Below are positions 1 to 14,039 of a stretch of 64,000 nt of DNA, one piece after another (position 1 is the first letter of the stretch; every line of letters starts with the position of its first letter). Source of the stretch: Vicugna vicugna (lineage: Eukaryota). The stretch lies in the NCBI GenBank assembly GCA_013265495.1, contig MU058844.1, positions 7,005,260-7,069,259 of the forward strand, given 5' to 3'. The notes under the pieces were generated by a model. That model was not told the DNA's origin. It made no database searches and saw only the letters and a program-made list of their open reading frames with translations. The position numbers and the translations under genes were made by a program.

Positions 1-1089
1 AACAACATATCAACAGCAGCTTAATATATAATGATATGCCTACAAGTTTGATACAAATCTAATTTTACCCTTACTTCTACCTACTTTGTATGCATATATT
101 TGCAAATTTTATATATATATTATATATGTATATGTTTTTTATATATATATGATACACACACAAATAATCATATACATAATTATCCTCTTAGCTCTTGAAA
201 AGCTATTACTTTTTAGACAGCAAATCCTGTTTTTTCCTCTTATTCTCTTGAAAGCATCCTCACCAATTATTTTGTCACAGGAATTTCATATCAGAGACTA
301 TCAAGTGGAACATGTTTTCTTTCATGTGCCTTAAACAGGGGATGGGGATAAAGAGGCACAGCATCTTCTTAAACACTTGAGCCTCAGTGTAGTAGGCTAT
401 TTGACTCTCTGAAACACCCTCATATTTAATCTTTATGTTGCCATAAAGCCGGTTTTCTGTGCTATAACTATCCTTAAGTGCAGTTAAAGTGCGAGATAAC
501 AATGGACTCACAAAAGATTCAAAATTGGTGAAAAAATTTGTATGATATTGGTGCTTAATAAGTATTCCTGTTATTAAATAAACACATAAGAGAGAAAATA
601 TTGGCATAGGCTGAACTTAAACAAATAAATCCATCTAAATAAAACCCAGGATCTAGGGTAGGATTAGATTAAGAGAAGGGCTAATATGTGAATATGTTTG
701 TGGAAGGAAGAATTAGGAAATTAAAATTCTGTGTTTCTTGGAGTTGTTTCTGTTGTTGTTGTTTTTGTTTTTTAAGATGAAGGAGGGTATAGATCAGCTT
801 CTGGAGAAAATAATTGTTTTCTTGTTTCTCTACAAATTAGAGACACAGGTGCCTAAGTGTGAGCAACAGAAAGAGGATGATACCATTAACAGAATGGAAA
901 GACAGAGCTGAATGCTAAACTCCCAGAGGTATAGAATAGGAAACACATACCACTTTATCACTACAAAACTTCCTGGAATCTTAGGTACGGAGAGGCTTCT
1001 TAGGAGAAAGTCAGGATGATTGCTCAATTTTAGCAAAATTAGTCTACTTGTGGAAGTATAGCAAACCAAAGTAAATACAAACATCCAAT

Positions 1090-1208
1090 CAAGTATAAGC
1101 CACGTGAAGGCAGAGATTGTGTGTGTGTGTGTTCATTTAGGAATCCCAGTGCCTAGAATATGTGGTGCCTAGTAGGTACCCAAATATACTTATTTGATCA
1201 ATTAAATG
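1090..1208 (+). mobile_element. L2 LINE 3' end fragment
   Basis: tataagccacgtgaaggcagag...tcccagtgcctagaata...tagtaggtacccaaatatacttatttga resembles the L2 3' terminus. Confidence 0.7.
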
Positions 1209-1299
1209 TTTTTATTCTTTTTAAATTTAATTTATTGTGTGTCTTAATATGTGTGTTGTTCTTCTCTCAGAGCTGAACCCCCGTAGCTTTGTTCTTTAA

Positions 1300-1592
1300 A
1301 GTATCTTAAGTGCAACTTTCAGAAGTTTTTATTTTGTTGCTTAGAATAAATACATTTCCCAGGTTCCTGGCAACTGTAAGTGACTATGTGACTAAATTTC
1401 TACCAGTAAGATGTAAGTGGATATGTATCAGCCTAAGAAATCCTTTTTACAGAGTTGCGATTACTGGCCCAGTACTAGTGATATCTGTATTTCCTGTCCC
1501 CTATGGAGAAAGTCTGTCTTGTTGAGATATTTTTGAAATTTAAATTTCTGAGACTTTCAGATGAATCTACTGAATCTAATCCTAACAAATGC
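1300..1592 (+). mobile_element. Old ERVL-class LTR fragment (LTR33/LTR16-like)
   Basis: tacatttcccagg...atgtgactaaatttctaccagtaagatgtaag motif; ends aatctaatcctaacaaatgca. Confidence 0.55.
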
Positions 1593-3169
1593 ACCACTGC
1601 TTTTCTGTCTTAGTAAGTGTGCATGATAAATGCTACCCAAGTATGAGTAACAGACACAAGAAAATTGAGATAATTCCAAAACAGTCTAAATACTACGTCA
1701 TATTCGTTTTTCATGATATAGCATGTCTTTCAAATGTCAATATGTTTACCATTTATGTTAATAGGTAAATATTTTGTTTCAATTCCTGCTCAATACTTGT
1801 GAATCAAGAGTACAAGCATATGGGTTAGAAGTCTACCAAGAATAGCCTTGTAATGTGCTCATATGTTTTAGTTTGACAAGTGCATTCTTATTCTGAGGTG
1901 ATGAGGTATTTGGCAATAAACTATCTCTATGATACAACTATAAAGTAACTGCATTTTAAGGAGGGACATGAGACACACCAGGATATGCTGCTTCTGCTTA
2001 GAACAAATATGTGTGTGTGTTTATTCTTTTTTCCACAAATATTCTGTAGGGTAATAAAAACCCTGAGTCAGCCCCTAAGGAGCTATCTCCTTTCCATCCC
2101 TCTAGGTAGTACCACTATATCAAGAAAACAGAGATGAAATCTCTAAACTAGAGGGCAAATGTGCAACAATTGGGAGAATTTAGATTTACAGAATCTCAGT
2201 TGCTGATATAGATGGAAACAAATGCTTGATGCAGATCAAAGCCCAGACCTTCTGTTACCAGCAATCATTTAAAGTCCATTGTCTTCACTGGTCCTTGTTC
2301 TATTCTATATTTGACATACAGGGAATCTCACATACCAGAAGCTGAGAGTTGAGGACATGAGAAAAAAGGATGTATATTTTCAGTTTTGCCCTGTATTTAA
2401 GACAAGTCTCCTATGTTCTAGTTACACAACAGCTGATTTACAAGAAAATGTCACATTGACAGGTGGCCTGAAAACAGTACAGGATTGTCCTAAACCTAGA
2501 ATAAAACTCTAGCAGGTCAGTGGATTTTTGTTTACATTTGCAAATAACTTTTAGTCTGCAAATTACTGTTATGACTGACAGCCACATAAAAAGCAACTGC
2601 TTAGACTTGAGAGATCCCAAAAGTTGATACCGGAGAACTCAGCGTGAGGTAGAGATGTGGTGTCCATTGGTGTCATTCACAGGTAGTGGCCTCAATCAGC
2701 TATCACAAAACTATTGATGTATTTTTATGTCACAGTTATTGTATTCTGTAGCTTTTAAAGTGCTAGAATCATAAAAATACGTTATGGAGAAAGTAATGCA
2801 GAATGTTTCAGCATTAAATTTGTGCCAAAGTATCTTAAATCAATTTATCCTGAATCAAATACCAAAACAAACTCTATGGAATTCTGCCTTTATATATGTC
2901 ACGGACTGTTTATAAAATCTGTTACTTTATAATTATTTCATTTTTGAATAGTAATACAGTCTGGTGATGAAAGTTGAGATGAAATTTTAGACATTTTTCT
3001 GTGTCAGGAATGTCAGTATTAAAATTAGTTCAATCTGTGTGAAAAAAGATAGATAAGTACTAAATAATAAATACAATGTTAATGTTTTGTTATAATGTGA
3101 ATAAACTCCCTGTTTCCATTAGAGAATCTGAATGGACTAGTTATGTATTTAAATAGATATTTTACGGAT

Positions 3170-3268
3170 GTTAGCCACAGTCATTTTGCAATATTTACAA
3201 TTATCAAATCATTATGTTCTATACCTGAAACTAGTAAGTTGTATGTCAACTATAACTCAATAGAAATA
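3170..3268 (+). mobile_element. L1 (L1MA/L1MB-type) extreme 3' end
   Basis: tcattttgcaatatttacaattatcaaatcattatgttctatacctgaaact...tgtatgtcaactataactcaata. Confidence 0.75.
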
Positions 3269-4213
3269 TAATATTTTAATTAGATTTTATAAGATTTTGA
3301 GTATTTTTAAATCCATACTCAATCACATCAATTTTATTATCTTAATATTAATAACAAGCATAGATAAATGGAATTTCTAAGAAATAAATTAGTTCATGTA
3401 GACAATAGGGCCTGATTAAATATCAAGGGAGTTTAGAAAGCTCATACATATAAGAGGATATTACGTGGTGAGGGGTGCACATTGTATGTTTTTCTCATAG
3501 CACAACCTACCTGTTCTTTGACAAGTGTTTTGTTGGTCACCTAAATGCCTCAAAGGGAGAGTAGTGGGATGAGTATAATGTTGCATATTCCTACTTGAGC
3601 TTTTTTGTGGGTTTTTTAAAGGTTGTATTTAACCACTGTTTATTTTGTTAAATTCTATCCTATAACATAAATAGGTAAATGGTAGTTTTATTTAATATTA
3701 AATACACAAATCTAACAAAAGAAAGTACACAGGATGCTGTAAGCCAACTTTCTGCTAATATATCAGGAAATGGTATGTGCTTTGGGCTATGTTTTTATGC
3801 AGACCTTCTGGAAATGTACATCTGAATAAACTCACATCTTATTGTAAGTGTCCCTCATTGCAATCAAGTATAAAATTCTAGGTGTTCTGTGGGAAGTATG
3901 AAAAAGTATAGCAACATATGCTGTCCATCTCCAAATAACTTTTTTTCCCCTAAAATGTGTTGATAGGTTGAACTTTCATGACTTAGAATACATAAATAAT
4001 GCTATTCATGGTGGTTTGGTTTCAGGCCAGTCTTCAAATACACTTAACCCAAAATGTAATTTAAAAATTGAGTGTAATCTCCATATGTAACTACATTTTT
4101 ATGGGAAAATAAATCAACATGTCTTTCTCACTAAAGCACTAATGCCAGACTACTTACTATTTTCCTTCTTTATATTTTTAACTTTCGAAAAGGGTTTACA
4201 AGTACTCTGCTGG

Positions 4214-4530
4214 TGTGGTAGATTATGTTTCCGCAAATACTCATTACTTAGCTCTCCGCTTCCACCTCCTGCGTGGGAAGAGTATGCTTCCTCACCTCTT
4301 GACTTCGAGGTTGGCCATGTGGACACAGTTCACACACAACTTTTAAAAGTGCTTGTGCTGGTTCCCTTGCTGTCCTTGGCGCTTGCCATTGTCATAGGAA
4401 ACCCTGCCTTGACGTGGAACCAAGTCTTCACAGGCAGCCCTTAGATGAGGGAAGTGAGAAATACATAATCATTTCTCACTGGTATTTTGTGACAGTTTAT
4501 TATGGAGAATTACTGAAACCATATTTAACA
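4214..4530 (+). mobile_element. MaLR solo LTR (old MLT1 type)
   Basis: Starts tgtggtagatt; internal ttggccatgtg and ttgccattgtcatag motifs typical of MLT1. Confidence 0.7.
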
Positions 4531-6249
4531 CATACAACCGTCTACAAGCCCATGAAGGGTGTCTCAAAGAGACACAAAGTTTGAAAAAAATGCTACAAAA
4601 TCCATGTGAAAGTTAAGCTTCTGAGTCACTTAAATTAGATCTGACTCTTAAAAAAAAAACAATAATGTGTTAAAAACTGAGGCATGAATGCATTTTTGGA
4701 AAATACCTTTTTTATCCACATATCCTCACTATAACTTGTTCTAGTTCAAATGACCCAGAGGAAGATGGATAATGATAGAAAATTAATGATGGACATTAAA
4801 AAACATTGACCAATAATAATAAAATCAATGAAGGACATAATATTGGGAATATAATATTGGGAAAAAGGAGAGAGACTCTGAACACATCAAAATAGTAAAA
4901 ATCTAGTTGATAGTCAAAGCATTAAAAAAATTGGTGATATGAAGTCTAGACAGATGACAGGGGCAAGGAGAATTAGGGAAATATTCTACAATATATTAAT
5001 ATATTAGCAAATATATTAATAGAACTAGGAAAACAAGAAAAACATTACTCAGAGTCAAACTCAAAGTGTTATGCCAGGTGACTCCGAGAAAGAGCTAGAC
5101 CTTGAGTGAGCTTAACAATGGTTTATCATCATCAGAAGTGAACATTCTTAGTCACCAATAGAATGTTTTTATATAATAAGAATAGAATCAGGGAGAAGGT
5201 ATGTAGGAGTCTCCCTGATATCATGTGAGGAATGCCCAGAGAAACAAGGTGTCTAGCTCTTGGACTGCTTATTTCTCTCATATTATTTCTCTCAGAGTGA
5301 TTCTGCTCCAAACCACACTCTTGACGACTCAGACAAAATTGGCAATTGCTTTCCATGAGCAAGTTATCCATTTCCTTGATTACTAGGGAGGCAATAGCAA
5401 TCAATAGTAAGCACCAACATTTAGTACGTGTAAAGGCACTCTGATGGAATAAGCATGCTTATTTTAAAGCTTGATGTGGATGTTTATTCAGATGTTATAC
5501 CGCTGAAAGCCAAAGGAGTATAAAACAGAATATCCCTAAGAGATTTGTGGGAAAAGGTGATTGTCTACAGTTTTATTAATTTTGACATGATGAATCACAA
5601 ACATCCCCAGGTAACTTGTAAAAATCTTTGTTTTTGCCAGGAGATAATACATGTATTCTTATTTACCACACAGTATTTTCTCAAGGGGAATCATAGTAAA
5701 AATCAAATTCCACACCAATGCTGTTGCTTTTTACCACAAACTAAAATTTGCTTCAAGATTCAGACATTCTTTCAAATACAGATTCACACCTCAGGCATTA
5801 TTTAGCTTTTCCCAAAATGTATATGTCTAGACTGGGATTAAGGAAATAAGAAAACCAAACTTGCACAGATAAATGCACAGAAAGTTATAGAGCATTATAA
5901 TTTTTCTACATGGAGAAAAATTGATGGTGAGTAGTTATAAGTAAATACTCACTTTTTTTTTAACTTTCCAAAAGGTATGCTAGGCAATTTATATTTTTTA
6001 TCGATCCAGATTTAGAAAGTGAATATTTATTTCATAAATATTTATTATGATTATGATGACATAAAGAATAGAGGTAAAAGCTGAAGATTTGTAGTTATGT
6101 ATCTTTATTGGTCAGATGTCATTGTACTTTCCTAAATTAATTTCGTACCCATATGTCAAAAGCCCAGAAATTCTAGCATTTATAATCCATTAATTGAGGA
6201 TTTCCTATTATTACTGCTGGTTTTTTTCCCCTTTTATTGTTATGACTAT

Positions 6250-6875
6250 TTTAAAAGCTTCACTGTTTTATAACTGATGTAAAGTAAACTGAACATGTTT
6301 AAAATGTATAGATTGATGCATTTTGACATACATACACATCCTGGAACCCACTACCACCATTTAAATAATGCAAAATCTCCAGAATCTATCTGTATTACTT
6401 TTTAACCGATTTTCTCTCCCTACTACTACCCCTCTCCCAGGCAAATGCTACTTTGTTTCCTGTAACTATAGATTTGTTTGTGTTTTCTGGAATTTTATAT
6501 TAATAGAATAATAATTTGTGAATTATTTTTTGTCTGATTTTTTAACTTAGCATAATTAATACATGTGCTGCATATATCAATAAATTCTTCATTTTATTTT
6601 TGAGTATTATTCCACATATGGATAGATCACAATTTGTATATCAGTTCACATTTGATGGCTGCTTAGTTTGCTTCTAGTACTTGGTTACTGCAAACAATAC
6701 TGCTATGAACATTCATGGACAAGCCATTGTACAAATATGTGCTTTGATTTCTTTAGACTAACTAGGAGTCGAATTGCTGGGCTATATGATGAGTGTATGT
6801 TTAACTTCTTAAGAAACTGTCAATCTGTTTTTCAAAGCAGCTGTACCATTTGACATCCTCACCAGAAGTATTTGA
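6250..6875 (-). mobile_element. Old L1 (L1MC/MD-like) 3' UTR and end of ORF2
   Basis: Antisense L1 motifs, e.g. ctgctatgaacattcatggacaag, aagaaactgtcaatctgtttttcaaagcagctgtaccatt. Confidence 0.85.
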
Positions 6876-6879
6876 AAAG

Positions 6880-7880
6880 AAATCTTTTTGACCTTATGTG
6901 AGGCAAAGATTTGTTAGTACAGCACCAGAGCCATGATCCTTTTAAAGAAAATGATAAATTGGAGTTAATCACAGTTTTGAAATTCTATTCTTTGATAAGC
7001 AAAGTTAGCAGAATGAACAGTCATAGACTAGAGAAAATATCTGAAAATAATAAAGGATTTGTATTTAGATTATATAATGAATTCTCAAAACTCAATAATG
7101 AGAAAACAAAACGAATCAAATTTTAAAAATAGACAAAATACTAAGAAGACATTTATATTGCTTCAACAAAAATATATATGAATAACAATTACATATATGA
7201 AAAGATATTATTAGTTATTATGGGATTTAAAATTAAAACTCCAATAAGATACCATTTTATACCTATTAAAATGGCTATGTTAAAAAACAAATAAAGAAAA
7301 CCTGCAAATACCTAAAGCTAACATAGATATGAAGGCATTAGAACTCATACATTGCCTTTATGCAAAATGGTACACACCCAGATATTTACTCAAGATAAAT
7401 GAAAACTGGTATTTACACTTAAACCTGTATGTGAATGTTTGTAATTGTTTTATTATTATTTCTCCAAACTTGGAAACAACCCAAATGTTCTTTCAGTGCC
7501 ATTTGGAGAAAGAAACTGTGCTAAATCCATACAATGGACTGCTATTAACCAATTAGAAGCAGCAAACTATTGATTTGCGGAACATGTCTGAATTGTAAAT
7601 GTGTTAAATGAAAGAACTCAGACTAAAATCCTCATATTGGATGACTCCATTTATATGACATTTCTGGAAAAGGCAGTTATAGCAACAACCATTATTGATA
7701 GGCAGGAGTTAGAACTGGGTAGAGGGTCTGACTACCAAGTAGCGTAAATGAATGTATCTGAGGACTGATCTTACTCTTCTCTATCTCACTTGTGTTGGTT
7801 GGTTACAAGGCTTTATCACTTATCATTACTCATGGAATTGTATATCAAAAAGAGTAAAATTTACCATATGTAAAAATACA
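6880..7880 (+). mobile_element. Old L1 (L1MC/MD-like) ORF2 C-terminus and 3' UTR
   Basis: ggcaaagatttgttag, gagaaaatatctgaaaa, ccaaacttggaaacaacccaaatg, tccatttatatgacatttctggaaaaggca. Confidence 0.85.
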
Positions 7881-8374
7881 TTTAGAAGTCTTATTTGTGA
7901 CTCAGAATTTTTAAACATAAAGTGATTTTTTTTCATTGTTTCCTTTTATTTCTATGAAAAATGTATTTTTATCCCAAGATCATAAATAAATTTAACATTT
8001 TTAAGCTTTATTTTTTAACTCTTTAATTGAATTCAACTCTTTAATTTTTTTCACTTTAACTTTTAATGTGAAAAACCAAAAAAACTGATCAGATAAGATG
8101 CATACTTAGAATACATAGTAGAATTTTTTCTTCTGCTTTTTAAAATGCTGTAATTCACAGTTATGCTTTAATACTCTTATCAAATGCTAGCTTCCTTTCT
8201 TATGTGGTTTATATCTTTTTTCCATTGTATTTTTGATTGGCTATTGCTATTACATTGGAAAATAAAGCTACATGTACATACACACATGTATTTGCAGTGT
8301 TAAGACACTGTTGAGTATTTTAATAGCTTATTTGGAGGTACTTGTTCTCTATTAAGATCTTTATCATGCTATTA

Positions 8375-9885
8375 TTTTTGAGGTGTGATTGACATAAAAG
8401 ATTTTATTAGTTTCAAGTGTATAATACAATGAGTCAATATTTGTATATGTGGCAAAATGATCACCACAGTTTAAGTCTAGTTAATATCTGTCACCACATG
8501 TAGTTACAGAATTTTTTTCTTGTGAGATGAACTTTTAAGATTTGCTTTTTTAGCAGTTTTCAAATATGCAATACAGTATTATTAACAGTAGTCACCATGA
8601 TGTACATTACATCCCATGAGTTATTTATTTTATAATTGGAAATTTGTACCTTTTGACTCCCTTTACCCATTTTGTCCATCCTCACTGCCCACCTTTGTAA
8701 AACACTAATCTGTTCTCTATAGCCGTTACAGAGTCCAAGCTCATATTGTGTACTTTAGGACAGGTCAGTAAATTGAAAGATGAGGTGTTTTGGGCAAGGA
8801 ATAGTAACTTTATTTGGAAAGCCAGAAGACTGGAAAAATGGTGGACTTGTGTCCCAAAGAACCATCTTGTCTGGGTTTGAATGCTAGTTTCTTTTATGGA
8901 ACAATAGGGGGAGGTGAGGAGGTAAAATAAAAATATAATCAAGTTGTTGTAAATATTTCCTGGTTTTGGCCAGACTCTGGAGGGGATGTGTTAATTTCTT
9001 CTTTCCTGCAGCCTGATAGGTGGGCCTGCTCAAAATGTTCCCTGTGAGCTAAACAAAGGCATTTTAGCTTAATGCTCAGGCATGGGAGGCAGGGTTCCCA
9101 GAGATGGGCTATTGTGTTTATCTTAAGATGTAGGCAACATCCCTTTAGTGATTAACTTGTAGCAAAAGCAATAGAATACAAAAGATAAAGTAAGAGAAAC
9201 AGATCCAATGTGGAGTCAGATTTGTTCTTCCCAGTTACATATCTATAAGCTTGCTTTTGTTCTTATTTTTGGTTTAGATTCCACATATGAGTCATACAGT
9301 ATTGTGTATGGTGTAATATAGTGGTTGAGTTTCCTTCTTTTGCATTTACCTGTCCAGTTTTCACAACACTATTGAAGAGACTGTCCTTTCCCCATTGTAT
9401 ATTCTTAGCTCCTTTGTTAGAAATTAATTGCCCTATATACATGGGTTTATTTTTCAGTTTCTTTCATAAATGCCTATAGCTTTCACTGTACAGATCTTTC
9501 ACCTCCTTGGTTAATTTATTCCTAGGTATTTCATTCTTTTTGATGCAGTTGTACATAGGACTATATTCTTCATTTCACCTTCTGATAATTGTTCTTAGTG
9601 CACAGAAATGCAATAGATTTCTATATATTGATTTTGTATACTGCACTTTTACTGAATTCATTTACTGTTTCTAACTTTTTTTGTGTGTGGAGTCTTTAGG
9701 CTGTTCTATGTATAATGTCATGTCATCTACAAATGGTGACTGTTTTACTTTTTCCTTTCCAGTTTGGGTTATTTTATTTATTTATTTTTCTTGAATAATT
9801 ACTTGAGCTAGGACTTCCAATATTACAAAATAAAAATGGTGAGAGTGGGCATCCTTGTATTGTTCCTGATATTAGAGAAACAGCT
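8375..9885 (-). mobile_element. L1MA-type 3' end plus internal ORF2 pieces, interrupted by an LTR
   Basis: ttgaggtgtgattgacata...gtcaccatgatgtacattacatccc; resumes at 9240 with tatctataag; ORF2-antisense motifs attgaagagactgtcctttccccattg and gagagtgggcatccttgt. Confidence 0.85.
8724..9239 (-). mobile_element. ERV1-class solo LTR inserted in L1
   Basis: Termini (c)gttac...gttaca; antisense polyA signal (tttatt ~8809) and TATA-like ttttat ~8892; imperfect 4-bp TSD tagc/tatc; L1 continues on both sides. Confidence 0.75.
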
Positions 9886-10207
9886 TTTTTTTTAAATTAT
9901 TATTTTAATTTTAGCTGTGGGCTCTAGTATTATTTTAATCTTAACTGAAAACATGTAAACATACATTATTTCCTGCTGTTCTCTAGGTGAGGACACTGAT
10001 ACCTGTTGAAACTAAATAACTTTCAAATGAACCTATTCTGTAAATGATGCTTCTCAATCAGAAGCTAGGATTGTCGGCTTCAAAACTGTTGTTTTCCCCC
10101 TTAATACCAGTGTTTCTCTTCTATTACCCGTTACTGATTCTAGGTGCTTTTTCTTTGAGTTTTTTAACATATGCCGAGTCATAAGCAAATGAAATTAATT
10201 TTGTATT

Positions 10208-10471
10208 TTTTTACCTTTCTTGATATTTAATTGACATAAAATATTGTGTTAAATTTAAGGTATATAACGTATTGATTTGATACACTTATATATTGCAATT
10301 TGAAGGGTACAAACTTTCAGTTAGAAGATGAATTAAGTTCTGGGGGTCTAATGCATTGTGATTATAGTTGACAGAACTACGTTGTGTACTAGAAAACTGC
10401 TGAGAGTAGATCTGAAAAGTTCTCATTACAAAAAAGAAATGGTAATCATGTGATGTGATGGAGGTGTTAGC
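10208..10471 (-). mobile_element. Short L1MA insertion with 5' inversion (twin priming)
   Basis: ~10215-10298 is the antisense L1MA terminus; ~10299-10471 is the upstream 3' UTR segment in sense orientation; 12-bp direct repeat taattttgtatt at 10196-10207 and 10472-10483. Confidence 0.75.
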
Positions 10472-10849
10472 TAATTTTGTATTGTGTATTTTATTAAGCA
10501 AACTGCTTTTTCTTTTCATGCCTTGTTACATTATTAGACCTTTCAAAACTACATTGATAATAGTGTAAAGAACATATTTATCTATTACAGACACCCAATG
10601 GATTATGCCACTCCAGTGCTTTCTGTCCATAAAGACTTTTCTCATCTTTTACAATAAAATCTAAACTTTTTACTTTGGACATTTGGAGAATCTGTACTAC
10701 TATACTGATATAATGGACTACAGTTATGTAAGAGAAATGACAAACTATCAATTCGCATAACATGTCTGAATTTCATGTGTGTTTTTCTAAATGAAAGAAG
10801 CCGAATCTGGCTCCTACATACCTGTTGCATCTTTCTCATTCTTCGTATT

Positions 10850-11300
10850 TGTCCACTATGCTGAATACCTACTGGTCTCTTTTAAGATACTTATATATAA
10901 CATACTCTTCATGCCACTTATGCTTTGGCAGTTTCTGTATCCTTAAAAATTCTCTCCATTGTTCTATGCATGCCTATTTTCTTCTCTCTTTTTCAACCTT
11001 AATTGAATGTTACCTCCTTAGAGTAGTCTTCCCTGACCACTCCAGCCCTGCTTTTCCACCCAGATGTCCTCTATTATAATCTATCTATATTTTATTAGTT
11101 TCCTTCTACCATTTTTTAGTAATAAAGATTAAAAATAAACCTTCAAATATACTATACGATCACACATTCTAAAATAATTCTTTTATGTTGAGATTATTTT
11201 TCTTCTAAGATGAGAGATGACTTAATTTCTGTCTTCTTTTGAATGCAGGGTCCCAAGTCAGGCTGTATAATCACTTGAACAATATCAATTGGACAAATAA
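10850..11300 (+). mobile_element. L2 fragments
   Basis: aatgttacctccttagagtagtcttccctgaccactcc motif and degenerate L2 3' end. Confidence 0.55.
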
Positions 11301-11470
11301 GAAATACCTAGACAAATTTCAGAAACAAGGAAAATAGCTGCATTAAGCACTGCACCAGCTAGAATGCTGTGTACACTATTTATCTTGAGAAATATGACTC
11401 TAAGCCTATAGCATAAGGCTTTCTTGGCAAGTCTTATAAAGTCTTGAGAATCAAAGACAAGTATGTAAAA

Positions 11471-11648
11471 CAGTGATTCGCAAACCCAGCAGCATCTGAG
11501 TTACAACGCAAAACCCTGAGTGTTGGGCTTTATTCCCAGAAATTCTGATTCAGTGAGTCTATTGTGGGGCCTGAAATTTTGCTTTTGTAGCAAGCGCCCA
11601 GTTAAAACTGGTGCTGCTGGCCTATGGACCACATCTGGAGAATCTCAG
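11471..11648. mobile_element. MER5A-like hAT-Charlie MITE
   Basis: Starts cagtgattcgcaaac; core cccagaaattctgattcagtgagtct...ggggcctga; ends ggaccacatctggagaa. Confidence 0.8.
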
Positions 11649-12820
11649 AAACATATAGGAAATTATGGGGGTGGGGAGGGAAGGTGGGGGGAGAAGTACT
11701 GCATTCTGATTTCAGGTAGAAGGGAGAGGAAGCCAGTAATTGACAACTGAGGAGGCAGCAGGGGCAAATGAATCCAAATTACAAGATTAATTTTTGACCC
11801 AGAGTTTTTATTTATGAAAAATTTAAAACAATGAACCAATGGACTAATAAAATTGCCAGTCATGAAAATATAGTATTTGAGATATAGTCAAGGAACTATA
11901 ATATACTGTGTAACAAAATGCTTCCTAACCAATATTAGATTTAATCAATTTATAAGACATTTTTTAAAGTGTATAATCATTAACATCTGTCTTCATGTGT
12001 GAAATACTCTAAAGAACCCTATCAGAATTTAATTTTTATTCAGTGTTTGAGCAAATCTAGTTTAAGTAATTTTTCTCTAGATAAGGGACAGCTTCCTTTC
12101 CACCTTTGTATGGATCATTATTTAAAAGCTTTATCTCTGTCCTCAGAAAAGTAGAACAGAAAGTGCATGAAATTGTAGTGAAATATATGACCTCTACTTT
12201 TCTCACAGGGATTTTTTTTGAAGGTGAACAAGATTTTCACTTGTTGCATGTTTGATATCTTTTGATGAGAGAAACTATATAAATATCAAATATTATTCTA
12301 GGCAAAGGGTTCATTAGTGCTTTATTTTCCATTAATATTTGCCAAAACCAAATTGGCACTGAGTGTAATTCTACAGAATGTTTGGCAACCACTTGTTTTC
12401 TGTCAAAGTCATGTCAGTATACAGATGGATTCCATTTTCACAGGAACCCAAATAAAGTGATAGTCAAGATTAAAATTTGGGATGAAATAACTATTAATGT
12501 GTGAAATGCCTTACGGAATTTATGTAGTAATGCAAAACTGTGATGAAATGCAATAAAAGCTAACTAAATTATAAAACTCTCAGGAAAATAGATCAAGTTG
12601 GGTATGTTATTATGATGACTGTTGGCAATCTCATGTAATCACACTATACCAATAGCAAAGGGAATATTTTTAAATCACACATTGTGTAATTTTTAGAATA
12701 AGTGAATCTGGCCAGAAATAACTCCTAATGTTTATATAAAGAAATTACATTTCCCTTGGGAAAAATGGTGTTCGTTACTGTTAAGGCACATAGTAAAACT
12801 CCAGTGATAGATTATGAAAA

Positions 12821-12821
<1 letters not shown>

Positions 12822-12854
<33 letters not shown>
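12822..12854. repeat. (TG)n microsatellite
   Basis: ~16 perfect TG units. Confidence 0.95.
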
Positions 12855-12857
<3 letters not shown>

Positions 12858-13109
12858 AGGGTGCACAGGATGCAACTCTTCAGAGTCATGAAGGAGATCC
12901 TATGGCAGTGAACTGACTAGGCAATATGAGGCTTGGAATGCTTGCTCTTTCACAAGGATGAGTGTTACTTAACCCCCTATGCTTTAAAATTATCTGAGAT
13001 TAATGGAATTAATCATATTTAACAAAAGATACTGGAGAGTCTATGCAAAGAGAAGCAAATTGTCCTTATTTCCTCATTTCTTTTAATAACTCTTTATAGA
13101 TGGCAAACC

Positions 13110-13660
13110 ATGTAGGTGGTACAGTCTTAGGTACTAGAGTTAAAGCAACTAATGAAACAATGTATGTGTTCCTGTGGAATTTAGGGCACTTAGCTTACAG
13201 TCCATTAGGGGAAGCATGTAATTAAAAATATATATATAAAATATAATATGAAATATAAATATGTGTATTGTAAAATGTATTGTAAGGGTCATAGTTTTAT
13301 TTTTTAAAGTGCAGTTTAGATAATAGAGATTGAGATGATGCTTTTTTAAGAGCATGCTCAGACAGAAGTCTCTGAGGGAGTGATATTTGAGCAGAGATCT
13401 GAAAGTGGATGATAACCTATGAAAAGAGGTTTCTAGTTTGAAAAAAAAAACAGGGGGTTATGAGTGGAAATATTTTCAAGGACCAGCAATAAAGCCAGAA
13501 TAAGCAGAGGAATTTATGGAAGTAAACAGCGATGGCCTGGGGCTGATCATGGAGGCGTGCAGATCATGTTGGGCAGATAAAAATTTAGACTTCAGCTTAA
13601 AATTAATGTAAATCCATTAGAAGGTTTTGAGCAGGAAAGTGACATGATTTGACTTATTTG
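13110..13660 (-). mobile_element. L2 fragment
   Basis: tctctgagggagtgatatttgagcagagatctgaa; ccattagaaggttttgagcaggaaagtgacatgatttgactta. Confidence 0.75.
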
Positions 13661-14039
13661 TGAGTCAGAAAAAAGTTCTCTCTGAATGTGGAAGTTTGTA
13701 GATTTAAGTAACTTTGCTGGCATATAGGCAGATGCTTTTGAGTCTATGGTTATTCTATTATCTTGATGAAATACTAATTTAGAATACTACTTAAATGCAT
13801 TTCACCTAGAGGGAATGATAACTTATTATATGCTAGTAATGTTCTCTGAACACTTTATTCTTCCTATGAAACATATGTATCACATGTATGTACAGTTTTA
13901 AAAGTAGTGATAAAATGAACATATGTGTAATCTCAACCTAGTTTACATTTAACCCTGCATGCCCCACTCTACAGGCCTTTTGTGATGTTTGTTAAGTATA
14001 TTTCTAAGAATGCTTATGGCTGATTTTAAAAATATAATT

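Noticed and set aside
275..607. 110-aa minus-strand ORF
   Set aside because: No recognisable motif, splice context or homology; compatible with chance.
4837..4863. 14-bp tandem duplication (similar ones at 37932-37977, 23 bp, and ~43956-43997, 20 bp)
   Set aside because: Two-copy local duplications typical of slippage or repair; no spacer structure, not CRISPR-like.
6250..7880. Divergent L1 pair as a twin-priming product
   Set aside because: Each half has its own, differing 3' UTR, so two independent insertions are more likely.
9960..10110. Splice-acceptor-like ttctctag|GTGAGG
   Set aside because: Downstream sequence resembles a decayed MIR; no convincing reading frame or donor.
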